Source of the DNA: Azolla caroliniana | Taxonomy: Eukaryota > Plantae > Polypodiophyta | DNA length: 64,000 bases | Reading direction: 5' to 3' | NCBI GenBank assembly: GCA_043228905.1 | Contig: JBHGNT010000016.1 | Coordinates: 4,526,001-4,590,000, forward strand | The notes under the pieces: generated by a model | The model's database searches: none | The model's input: the letters and a program-made list of their open reading frames with translations, nothing else | Told to the model about the DNA's origin: nothing | In this document: in pieces, positions 14,101 to 24,400 of the stretch | Layout of the letters: every line of letters begins with the position of its first letter | How positions within the stretch are numbered: the first letter of the stretch is position 1 | Program-made: the position numbers and the translations under genes

Positions 14101-14705
14101 GGCAGTAGGAACCCGCCCCCACCGATTTTGAGCTCTCGTAGCGTTCTGTTGGTGAAGGTGTGTCCTATGCAGGCCGGATCTCGTAAACTGGGGTCCGACG
14201 CGACCCCCTTGATTCGCAACTCGTTGCCCTCCGGTAAGGGTGCCGCGACTGGCCTTACCTTCCAGTCCACAGTCTTGTACTTCGTATTAACCCGGGCCGT
14301 CCGATTCGACTCGAGCCCTCGACTGAAGTCCGCGATGACTTCGTACATCTCTTCTAAACAAACCGGTATCGTCCAGTCCTCTTTAAGGCCCTCTCCGATC
14401 ACCTCTCGCAGTATTCCCAAGGTATCGTCGAAGGAGACCGCCTCCACGGCTCCGTAGATTTCCTCGTTGGGCCCGAGAACTCCACACGCCCGAAGTCGCT
14501 CTTCCGCCCTTGTCTTTTCTCGGCCAACGACGCCGACTATCGTACACCCTCCGTTTTCAGAGAAACAAAACTTCCTACTTATGGTACAAGGTTTCTTCGG
14601 TTCCGCATCTATCGTACATATATGGGGTTTTTTCCCGGAGTGTCCGGACTGTCGCAGCCCCACGCCTTGGCAGACCTCTCTAAAAATCCTCTCGGTTCTC
14701 GCCAC
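11117..14705 (-). pseudogene. Gypsy pol (RT, RNase H, integrase), frameshifted
   Basis: RT LPQGGTNS...PFLDD; RNase H VDTSPAGIG...ETDC...NAMADMLSR; integrase HHCC-like zone, VDLV...DRGE...NGKVER, and C-terminal WFGPY. Frameshifts near 12490 and 11560. Confidence 0.9.
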
Positions 14706-16830
14706 CGAGGGACTCGCGGTTTCGCTCGTGGTTCGGTCGCACCGTCAGGAACTGGACCGAATGACGCCCGTCCTGACTCTTGACCCTCGCGTAAGCCGAC
14801 CCATTGTCCAGCACCTTGGTCTCCATTCGCACTGCCGTAATGTACGGTTCTCCCAGTATGACCGGGTGCGAGGACGTCTCCTGCACAAAGAAGTGCTGGT
14901 CTATTTCGACGTCGCTGATCTTGACTCGCACGTTTGGGCAGGCCCCGTGTAGTTCCTCGGTGGCGCGCGTCGCCGCCCGTATCTTCCACCCGTGCTTAGT
15001 GTTGATCGGTCATTTCCCCTTCTTGTAGAAGTCCATGGACATCAGGTTTATTTCCGAACCGTGGTCCACCAGCGCCACCACCGGTTCCTGAACACCTCCG
15101 ATCTTCACCGGGGTTTCCGTGGTCGCTCGGGCCTAGTGTGTCCTCGAGTAGTGGCTCTCCGCCCACTCGTCTTCCAGCGCCATGTCCTCTATGTGCGTCG
15201 TCCGCACCTCCACCGGCCTTCCCGGTTCTGCCTCCGTTGACAGCCTCTTCCTCTTCACCAAGTCCACGATGGAGTCGTGGAACTCCTTGGCGATCCCTAG
15301 CACCTCCCGCAACGACAGTTCCACCTTGTTGTCGAGGATTCGTTCTTCCAGGACCTTTCGTAGGTTCGTGGTCCTTTCGATCTCCGTGCCAAAACGGTAC
15401 CCGCCCTTTTTGTGGTTATCCCGGGCACTGGACTCACCGGCCTCATTCCGTTTCGGCCCAAATCAGGTTTTGTATCTCTGTGAAGATCTGGCCCCTCCGG
15501 GTTTACCTACCCGTTTTTCTTCAACTAGAGCCTCATAGTTCTGGCAAGCCGCTTCGACGAAACCCGTCTTTTCTTCGACCGGGTCACTCCACCCGATTAC
15601 CTCCTAGACCCGCTTCTCCGCGCGGTCCGCCTCGTCTCTCTTTAGTCGGGCACCGGCGAGGCCTTCTAGCACCGTCGGCCAGAACTCAGCTTTGCTCTCC
15701 TTCCGGGCCTCGCTGCCTCCGACCCGAATACCGGCTGACGCTGAGTAGTGGACAGTCTCCGCGTGCCGGGCTGCCGCCTCTTCCATCAACCTTTTCATTC
15801 CTCCTCGCCCGTCGTTTCGGTTCAGGGCCCTCCGGGTATCGTTGGCGTGCACCTGACCTTCCCACAGGTACACTACCCGGCTTCTCAAAGCCTCCATAAA
15901 GTCCCCGCAGTCTTTTCGGATGTGGTCGACCTCGTCGCACCACATGCACCTACTTCCTGCCGGAGGCCATCGGTCACGAGCCTGATCGCCGCCTTCTCTC
16001 CTAGCCTGGGCGATATGGAGATCCTTTACCGCTCGTGTCAACTCCTCCAAAGTTGTTCCCCCGGACGAGCCTCTGACCACACCGGTCGAAGCTGAACCGG
16101 TTTCGAGCCACTCCCGGGTCTCTTCCCTTCGTGCCTGCGGTATCAGTTCGAGCTTCCTTGCTGCGACAGGTCCCGCCCCGGTCTCCTCTGTATCAGCCCA
16201 CTCCCACCGTTTGTCAAAACGACCGCAGACTCTTTTTACCGCGGCCCAGTCGGCCGTCAGCCCGTCTTCGGTTTCCAGTAAGGAGCCAAGTTGCCCCCGA
16301 TCCCGTGCGTCAACCGATTTGACAAACAGCAGGACACGACTTGTGTCCAGAACGGTCCGATCGAGCGCCGAAAGGCGCGCAAAGCGTTCCTCAAACTCCC
16401 GGAGGAGTACCGACGCATTTCTTCCTTTGTTGGGGGACTCCACCCACTCCATGAAGCTCCACTTCGAAAGTCGAAGCGCGTCATCCAGCCCGTATTTCTC
16501 CAGGAGCTGTCCTTCGAACTCCTCCTAAGTCCGGCTCTCCGCCTGGACCTCGAGCACCTCCACATGGATGCCCGGCATCGCCACTCGAGGGAATCCGGCA
16601 AGACGCCTCTCTTCCGGAATATCCCTCCTCAACATCTCCGCCCAGTAGGACGCCAAATAACTCGTGGCATCCTTTCCACTGAACCGGCCGATCGTACCGA
16701 CGATCGCCTCAATAGCCCTATCAAGGGAGCCGGTGCCCTCGCGCGCGCTCACTATCCGGTCCACGGCTGAAGCCATGGCCTCTACAAGATCTGAACCCCT
16801 CATCTTCTGCTCCTCTGCCGCCTGTTTCAC
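14680..16830 (-). pseudogene. Gypsy gag-protease, interrupted by stops
   Basis: Gag with zinc knuckle CMWCDEVDHIRKDC; aspartic protease motif ALVDHGSEINL near 15050-15075; ORF ends ...REDF* at 14680. Internal stops at 16525, 15604 and 15133. Confidence 0.8.
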
Positions 16831-17498
16831 GTCGGGTTCACCAAATATGTCGCGTTACTACGCGCGTGCGTGGAGAAACACGGCGGGACCACCGGGGTCT
16901 TGGACCGAAGAGCAGGTGATAGACGGGGAATGAGAAAGAGAGAGACGCCCTGTCACGTATGAGTAAGAAAGACAGGGGCACGGCCCGTCAACACAGAAGA
17001 CGCGAAGGGACACAGAGATAGGGAGACACAAGTGTTTGTATATTAACAAGTAACAGAATACACAACAAAGCACGCGAGCGGTTATAACCGAACAGGCCGG
17101 CGAACAGATGTGACGATGTCTGTTCGTCTGCGCACGAAAGGAGGAAAGGGTGGAGATGCTGCCGGAAGCACACGGGCGTTCCTTGAAGCAGCACGAGCCT
17201 CCCGAAAACCTGCAGAGAAGAGCGAAGGAGAACGAACAGAGGAGAAGCGTTCGGTTACGGTCCGACAGCACTTCGTCCTCCTTAATGCGCGATCCCTTCT
17301 CCCTGCGTCTCCCTCTCCTTTATAGCGTCAAGAAGGGAGTCGTCTCCCTCATTTACTTCCTACCTACCGAATCTAACTACCCAGGATATCTCTATGTACC
17401 TAATTCTCTATTATATACATTAAGAGCGCGCACACGTGAAGGGCCGGTTCATGTGCGCTATTCACCGTTTACGCCAGGGGACGGTTTTTTTCACGACA

Positions 17499-18412
17499 AC
17501 GGATGCCCTAATCGGCCATGAATGTCTTCGCTTGTATGAGAAAGAATGGAAATCATTCTTTTGGAAGGTTCAACAATGTTTCCAGGATGCAAGCGAGAAG
17601 GCGAGCCGGAGGGATGAGGTGTCGAATAAGAAGGGATACTCCTCTGTGGAAGTTTTCATGGATGAGTTAAAAAGCCTGTTGCGAAGCGAGAGGGTGGACC
17701 CCTCAGGAAAACTAGCAACCTCCATCTTATTGCGAATCTCTGTCGACCAATACAAGGATTTGGATGCGGATGTAGTCTCCGCGAAGTTGCCTGAGCTATG
17801 CCGAAATCTAGAGCAGAAGTTTTGCAAACGCTTATTATTAAGGACGAAGGATTCAGAGCTGTGGAGATTGGTGCAGAGAGTGAGGGAGAGGATGGAGCAG
17901 CTCAAGGATGAGCGTTTGATGATGAGATGCGATGAGAAGTGTCCAAGGTGTGGGATAACGTAACGTGCATTCGCAGTGCAGGACACTCAGAGCGGCACGA
18001 CACCTTGCATCAACCACAGGGCCTCGCAGGTATCATCTGGCACAAAAACAGGGCTTTGGTGGAATCCAAGTGCTTGAGATGCCTTGAACAAGACGTTCGC
18101 ATTTTTAATGAAGATGGCTCTAAGAGTCTCTCATACAAAGACTTTGCAAAGGTGTATCCCACATGGTGCGACCCCTCCAACCACCTCCACACTAATTCCA
18201 TACGAGTGAGGGAGTATGTCTTCTATAACTATCAGGCCCACCTCGTGGACTATTTCAATGCGCTCAATTTGCACCTGGTGGAATGCCCTGCTGACGTGAT
18301 GCCGGCCTCCTATGGCCATTCACTTGATTCCCTCTGGAACGCCATCGAGAATAAGCTAGGTGACGACTTCTCACAGATTAAACACACCCTCGAGGACATG
18401 AACTCATCATAA
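17499..18412 (+). pseudogene. VLIG/GVIN1-like GTPase, copy 2, C-terminal segment
   Basis: Resumes TDALIGHECLRLYEKEWK exactly at the TSD. Contains RCDEKCPRCGIT...HDTLHQPQGL. A 5-bp duplication (TAACG x2, about 17956-17965) shifts the frame; stop at 18410-18412. Confidence 0.9.
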
Positions 18413-19477
18413 TAGGCTTCAAATTCATTAATTCTTTGTTTGTGTGCGTATGTGTCAGAGCTGCACACACCTCCAATACAATAAATCTTTTATCATCATA
18501 GTAATAAAAGTGGTGATTCCACATTGTCAAGTGCCTTTTGTTTGTTGTGACTTACGTTTATGTTTCTTGTCTTTAAATCCATCACAATATTAATATTCAC
18601 ATTGTTGCACGCATCCAACTTCTAGTTCTTTTCATGCCTCGACCACTCCATTTCCAATAAAAACTCCTAATGCCATTATAAAACCTTTACGACAAAAGGA
18701 TCCTCAAGAAGATGAAACGATATAAAAGGAAGAGGCTTGGTCCTTCAACAAGTAAGGACATGTAGCCACCAAGACTAACTCATCACTACCATGGAATATG
18801 CAAGTAGGCTTAGATGAGTACATAAAATAAAATTTAAGAATGTTAGATATATATTGTAATTGTGATAAAGAAATTGTGCCTAGATTACAGAAATTAAGTT
18901 TCTCTTCTTTTTATTGAGAAAGAGGCACCTATTTTTGTCATTAAATGGTTTTTTTCTTCAACATCTTGAGGTCGTAAAGTTTTATTTTCCCTCTTCTTCG
19001 GGAAGCTTAGGTTCTTAGTCCTTCATCTTCTTCATGTATGTTTGTGTGCATGTATGTATGTGTATATGTATGTATGTTTGTGTGCATGTATGTATATATA
19101 TTCATTTCAACTAGGTTGGCCACATGGTTGGGCATCGCATTAGGTTCACACTTTGAAAAGATTATATGAACATACCAAAATGGGCAGACAAGATAATCAC
19201 AACATAATACAAGACAATAATACACATAATACAAACATGAACCTCAAAAAGAGAGTAGTATCCAATTTTAGTGACCAATTGTGCATGCTTCTTCTATCAT
19301 AAGCTTTTCTTCCCTTGGCACAATATGAGACTTCTTCATGATTTGACGATAAGCACTAAGTTTGACAATCAAATATGTGAAAGTCAATCCTCAGCAAAAG
19401 TGTTGTTAAACCCTAAATTAAAGACAACACAAAATATGTTAGACTCCCCCTTCTTCCCCCCTCTCTCTAAACTTTGA

Positions 19478-19550
19478 CTTTGTGGTTTACACCATAGCAC
19501 CAGAGTCATAAATTTGAGAGAAGCCTAGTTCAATCCTCACCATGGGCTAG
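19478..19550 (+). repeat. tRNA-related SINE-like repeat, copy 1
   Basis: GTGGTTTACACC...AGTCATAAATTTGAGAGAAGCCTAGTTCAATCC matches the minus-strand copy at 41280-41356; B-box-like GTTCAATCC. Confidence 0.4.
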
Positions 19551-19611
19551 GCCCCATTAGGCATGTATGTGTATGTGTGTGTGTGTGTGTATGGATGTAG
19601 GTAGAATTATG

Positions 19612-20220
19612 TTATAAGTTCTATGAAGATGCTTAGAAAGATCCTAACATTTTTTCAACGATCTCTAAACAACTTTTGTACCCCTAACACTTTTTCAACG
19701 GTTTGAAACACATAAATATATAATTGTCACGTGGATGAGGCTCCTATAAATGTGGTGGATGAGCGGAAGACGCTCCTGTATATTATATGTATACAACTCC
19801 ATTGTCTACATCATTGCGATCTTAATTCACTGATTAGTTAAGGATATTCTAGGCATGCGCCAGCGACTTTGAATTTAAAATTGGTTTTACATTTTCTGTG
19901 AATTATCTTATAAGACTTTGTAAAGATGCTGAGAAGGAACTCTTAACATTTTTCCAACGATCCCTAAGAATGTTTCTGGTTTGTGAGAAACGACCCCTAA
20001 CATTTTTTCAACGTCTTGGAACACATGGGTATATATAATTGTCATGTGATGAGGCCCCGAATGCAAATGTGTTGTTGAATGAGAGGAAGAAGCTGCAACC
20101 TCCAATCTGTCTCCTGCATATATTATATGTACACAACTCAATCTTGTGCATCATCATTTCAATCTTAATACACGGATTAGTCATGGACATTCTAGGAAAT
20201 GTGATAGGCAACGCTAGCGC
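19612..20220 (+). repeat. Diverged tandem duplication of the promoter/start region of GVIN copy 3
   Basis: 19612-19868 aligns with 19908-20220 (TTATAAG..AAGATGCT, CCCCTAACA..TTTTCAACG, ATATATAATTGTCA, TATATTATATGTA.ACAACTC, GATTAGT..GA.ATTCTAGG). Confidence 0.75.
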
Positions 20221-20956
20221 TGGGCGGGCATTGCGAGGCTTGAGAATGACTGCTATGGATAGTCATGAGGTTGGAAACAACAGTGTTAATAATAGTCAGG
20301 TGTTTGTAAGCAAGCATATCCTATTGGAGCTGCCTCTGGCCGAAGAAGAGCAGCCCATTATAATGGCCCCATCGCAGGCCACCAAATTCTTCGTCGCTTG
20401 TTTCTCTAGCTCCGAGGAGTCGCTCAAGTTTCGCGAAGATGTGAGGTCGAAAGGATGGAGTACTGCCATATCACTTCACGCGGGGGCAGACCTCCTCAAT
20501 TGTGTCATCGACCTCAAAGCTCATGCCACTTCCAGCTCTACCAACGCAAATGCCTCTCGTCTTCTAGACAACATCAACCACATCTGCTTCACCCATTGCT
20601 TCTATGTGCCCGAAAAGTGTTTCCAGATCCCGGCCTCGAAATTGCGTCTCTGCGAAGACGCCTTGACCGAAGCATGCGAAGTCGATAGCCATTCAGCCGC
20701 GGCCAAATTCCTGGACAAATATCACTCCCATGTCTCCACGGGGCTTTACCACGTGGGTGGGATACTCTTCCACGAGCTTAGCATCCAAAGTGAGGAGCAG
20801 AGTAGCCTCCAGCAGATGCTGGAAGCCGCTCATAAGGAATTCGGTGGCAGCCATAAGGCTATTTTAAAACCTCTCGTTTCCTTATTTGGCGTAGAGGTGT
20901 CCGGAACATCCAGCACAACACACAACTCAGCTTCTAACACAGCTTCTTCTTCTAAG
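20183..20956 (+). CDS. VLIG/GVIN1-like very large GTPase, copy 3, exon 1 (MACPF-like N-terminal domain)
   Basis: Open frame from ATG 20183 (MDILGNVIGNASAGRALRGL). ASAGRALRGL, APSQ and FSSSEESLKF recall the GVIN1 N-terminal ASGGLALQG...GPEQ...FSS pattern. MACPF-like signature FLDKYHSHVSTGLYHVGG at 20708-20761. Donor AAG|GTAAGG, phase 0. Start codon choice is uncertain. Confidence 0.75.
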
Positions 20957-21059
20957 GTAAGGGAGTACAGTAATGATATGACATATAATAAGGCCAGGAG
21001 TTTGTTGTTCTGTTTAATAATCTTTCTCATCTATTGTCTCCTCTTTGGCACCGACCAAG

Positions 21060-21332
21060 GTTCGTAAAGTTCGAGAAACAATCACTACCATCGGCCCAAT
21101 GTCTCATTCCGGGGATCCAGCCGATTTTTTGCTTAAGTTGGAGGCAGACCCGCTCTCGTGGGCCATTATTGACAAGCAGCCTGATCAAGCCAACGATTTG
21201 GTGAGCGTTTGGCAAATCATCCACCAGCAACTACCAACTTTCGAGGGGAATCCTTCAAAAATCGAGCGTTTAAGGCAATCAGCAAAATACATGAGCACGC
21301 GATGGCAAGACGACATTGAGTCCAAAGTGAAG
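21060..21332 (+). CDS. VLIG/GVIN1-like GTPase, copy 3, exon 2 (end of MACPF-like domain)
   Basis: Pyrimidine-rich intron 20957-21059 ending in AG; phase 0 on both sides. TIGP...LEADPLSWAIIDK...LVSVWQII resembles the MACPF C-terminal G-G/P...W.VID...VPVW motif. Donor AAG|GTACCT. Confidence 0.72.
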
Positions 21333-21477
21333 GTACCTATACTTTGCGTTGCTATGCTTTAGGTTAAATTAAATTTCCGATTTGAGTCAAGCATTATTCG
21401 TTGATTATGAGGAAAATAGAAGATTTTAAAAGTTAGAAGAATGTGTTGATGCTTCTGTGAACTCTAATTGATGGCAG

Positions 21478-24400
21478 CTCCGAGTTGCGCATCCCGTCAT
21501 TTCTAAGCTGTTGGACGTCAACGCGAACTTCCAACGGGATGTAATGGCATCCAAACTAGCGGCAACTACTAGGTCCCGTTCTAGAATTCCACATCTCCCG
21601 GAGAAAATGTCTCTTCCTCAGCTTCTCGAAAAGCTGCGCAAGTTGGTGCCAACGGAGAGTGCCGCTACTTGCAATCAAGCGGCCGCACTAATAAAAGCCT
21701 ACATTCGATGTTTCGACCCCTCTCAGGAACCGAATCATGGGTTAAAGGCAATTGGGTATTATGGTTTCAATATGTCCACAGGCAACGTCTTAGTCCCTTT
21801 AAATATTCCTCAGCTCCACAGCTTGATTTCAGAATTAGAAAAGATAACGCTTGACTGTCCACCCGATGGCCGCCATCAGCTTAATGAAGCCGGAAGCAGG
21901 GCCAGCAGTTATCCGGTGGCTGAAGACTTCATCCATGCTTGTCATCAGAAGTACTCTACCTGGCAAACTTGGACCGGCAAGGATCTAGAGAGCAGGCCAA
22001 CCGATACGGCTTCTTCTTCTTCGGTGGCGGGTAATCCCTTGCTAAGATACGCATGGGATGTAGTTAATGATCGACCTTTCTTGCCAAGTGGACCTCCCGC
22101 TTCAATGAATGAGCAGGCCAAACGCCTGCTGGATTGCTTGAAGCATCGTGTGGACATCCTCCCGCATCTCTCCCGGATCAGGGGTGCTCTCTCCATGGCC
22201 GCTACAGATGACAGCTCCTGGAGTGATGAGGAGGAGGAGGAGCTAGATGAAGAAGAATATGTTCAAGTGTCTCCATTGGATCTCATCATCCATCTATTGA
22301 GGATCTCGGACTTGCCCACCCAAGTGGCCGTCTATACGCTCCTGCTCGAGCAACGTGCCGCGATTCCGTTGGTACACGTCTCGACATCACCCCCGGGAAC
22401 ATCATCATTGGCCAACCTGCAGCACCATGTACAAGCACTAAGCTTTGTGGATGCAAAGCTGCCCAGAGAGAACAAGGTGATCATTGTAAATGACACTAAG
22501 CTGCCACGTGTGGTGTTCGCTTCCAAGAAGAGGGTTTCAGAGTCCAGGGCAGCAATTGTGGCAAGTAAAACTCTTTGCTGTAACTTCATGAGCCAATACA
22601 ATCGGAAAGAAATGGATGAATCCCCCGTAGTTGAGGTGGGCTTGGGGTTTCTAAGACCCGGCCAGTTGCAAGCTGGGCAAGATCAGGGGCCATTGCCTTG
22701 TTTGGCATTCCATATAAATGGGTTGTTGCACAAGCATGCCTGGCTCATGGAGTTTGTGAACAATGTCGCGGATGTGATTGTCCTAGAGCTGGAATCGCAC
22801 GAGGACATGAAGACATCGGGAACGCTGAGTGGCCAGGGTATCGAGATTTTGCAATGGATAGATGATCGGCAAGAGCACCAAGATAAGAAGAAGAAACTAA
22901 TTGCCGGTGGAGAGTCCTACATTGTGAGCACAACGGAGAAGTTTCTTCGTCACTTTCTCAGAGGAAAACTACTGCCATTTCTCAACCAAACATCCAATCA
23001 GGGTCGGCGCAAGACACTTGGAGAGATCTGCATCTATCACTTCCATCCCAGCGACCCGGACCTTTGTAGTTTTAAGAAGCAAGAAGAGGTCCTATCAGCA
23101 TTGGACTTTGCATCTCTTAAACAGGGATTCTCTCTCCAAGAAAGCTTCAATAAAGAGTCACGCATGCAGTTCGAGCTCTTGAAGTTCAAGCACAATCCAG
23201 CCGAGACTCGAAAGAAGCAAAATGATTGCAGCGATGAAAAGAAGCGGCGTGCTGGATTGGTTCTCGATGCTATGAATAACCCGTTAATCCACCAGGTGTT
23301 CCATCTTATTCTCACCATTCCAGATGCCACTTCCCGAAGGGCAGGGATGATGTGGCTAGACAGAGCTATAGCAGAAAAAATGCGGCTACTCATGAAGGAT
23401 GCTGAGATGAAGAAAGATAAGGCATTGAAGGAGTGGGAAATGGATTTCAGCAACACCAAGTTGAAAGGTAGGCATCTCCTTATGAAGCAAAGTTATGTGG
23501 ATCAAAGTCTAGGCATTGTAACTATGTGGAGGGAGCTGTGCCACATCTTTGCCGTTACTTCCATCAGGAAACTTGCGACTCTGGCCGCCTTGCACTTACT
23601 TGATGCATTCCCTCTGGAGATCCTCGATGGCGATGCCGGCATGTTTTGTGCTGAGTGGGTGAAGACGGTGTTGGCAGAGCTGGACACATTGACCAGCCGA
23701 GAACTCAAGAGGCCGGCCAAAATATTTGTCCTCAGCATAATGGGCTTGCAGAGCAGCGGCAAAAGCACATTGCTCAATCTTATGTTCGGCACGCAGTTGC
23801 ATGTGAGCGCCGGTAGATGTACTCGTGGTGTCTACCTCCAGGTCGTCAAATCCGAACGTCCAGAGTACGACTATGTACTGCTACTTGACACAGAAGGCAT
23901 CAGGTCTCCGGAGTTTCATGGGCTTGATGAGTCTCAGATCCGTGACAATCGCCTGGCCACATTTGGATTACTCCCGGCAGATGCATCCATATTCATGATC
24001 TCTAACGAGGATGATAGTGGACTAAAAGAGGTCCTCCCCATGGTGCTGTTAGCTTTCAAGGGTTCTCGGATAGCAGAAAACTATGGTAACACAATAAGAT
24101 CGAAGATGGTATTTGTCTACAGAAGTGTCGACACAAATGACCAGACGCGACTCAGACAAAATAAGCAGAAGCTGCGAGAGCATCTAAGGAGGGCTGCTAT
24201 GCAAGTGGAGGAAATGGGCCTAAATAGAAAGCAGCCTACTACTAGTACTGCAGCTAGCAGTAGTAGAGACAATGTTGATCGTAATGGTTTCAATTTGGAT
24301 GGCGATGATGAAGATTCCGTTATGGCGGCCACCGCTTCTGGGATATTCCAATCCATGTTCAGTGAAGGCACGCACATAGATGAGGATGACAGCAAGAGCG

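Larger units (their letters stand above)
10476..17498 (-). mobile_element. Full-length non-chromovirus-like Ty3/gypsy LTR retrotransposon with tRNA-Trp PBS
   Basis: LTRs 10476-11124 and 16848-17498 (TGTCG...CGACA); 4-bp TSD ACGG at 10472-10475 and 17499-17502, single ACGG in paralog copy 3. PPT at about 11125-11141. PBS TTCACGTCGGGTTCACCA at 16826-16843 matches the plant tRNA-Trp 3' end. Order gag-PR-RT-RH-INT. Confidence 0.95.

Noticed and set aside
14680-14689. GGATTTTTAG at the end of the gypsy protease ORF resembles a -1 ribosomal frameshift site
   Set aside because: The -1 frame closes after about 25 codons (stop at 14609) and the long RT ORF is in the +1 frame. It is unsupported in this copy unless a later indel occurred, which needs a family consensus to test.
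10394-17521. Many overlapping antisense and alternate-frame ORFs in the gypsy element and its LTRs
   Set aside because: They are shadows of GC-rich TE sequence with no recognisable domains.
20039-20182. Hydrophobic N-terminal extension of ORF 20039-21067 as a signal or transmembrane segment
   Set aside because: It begins at a TTG, lies in the AT-rich duplicated promoter-like module and precedes the first ATG. The hydrophobic tail after 20956 is intron read-through.
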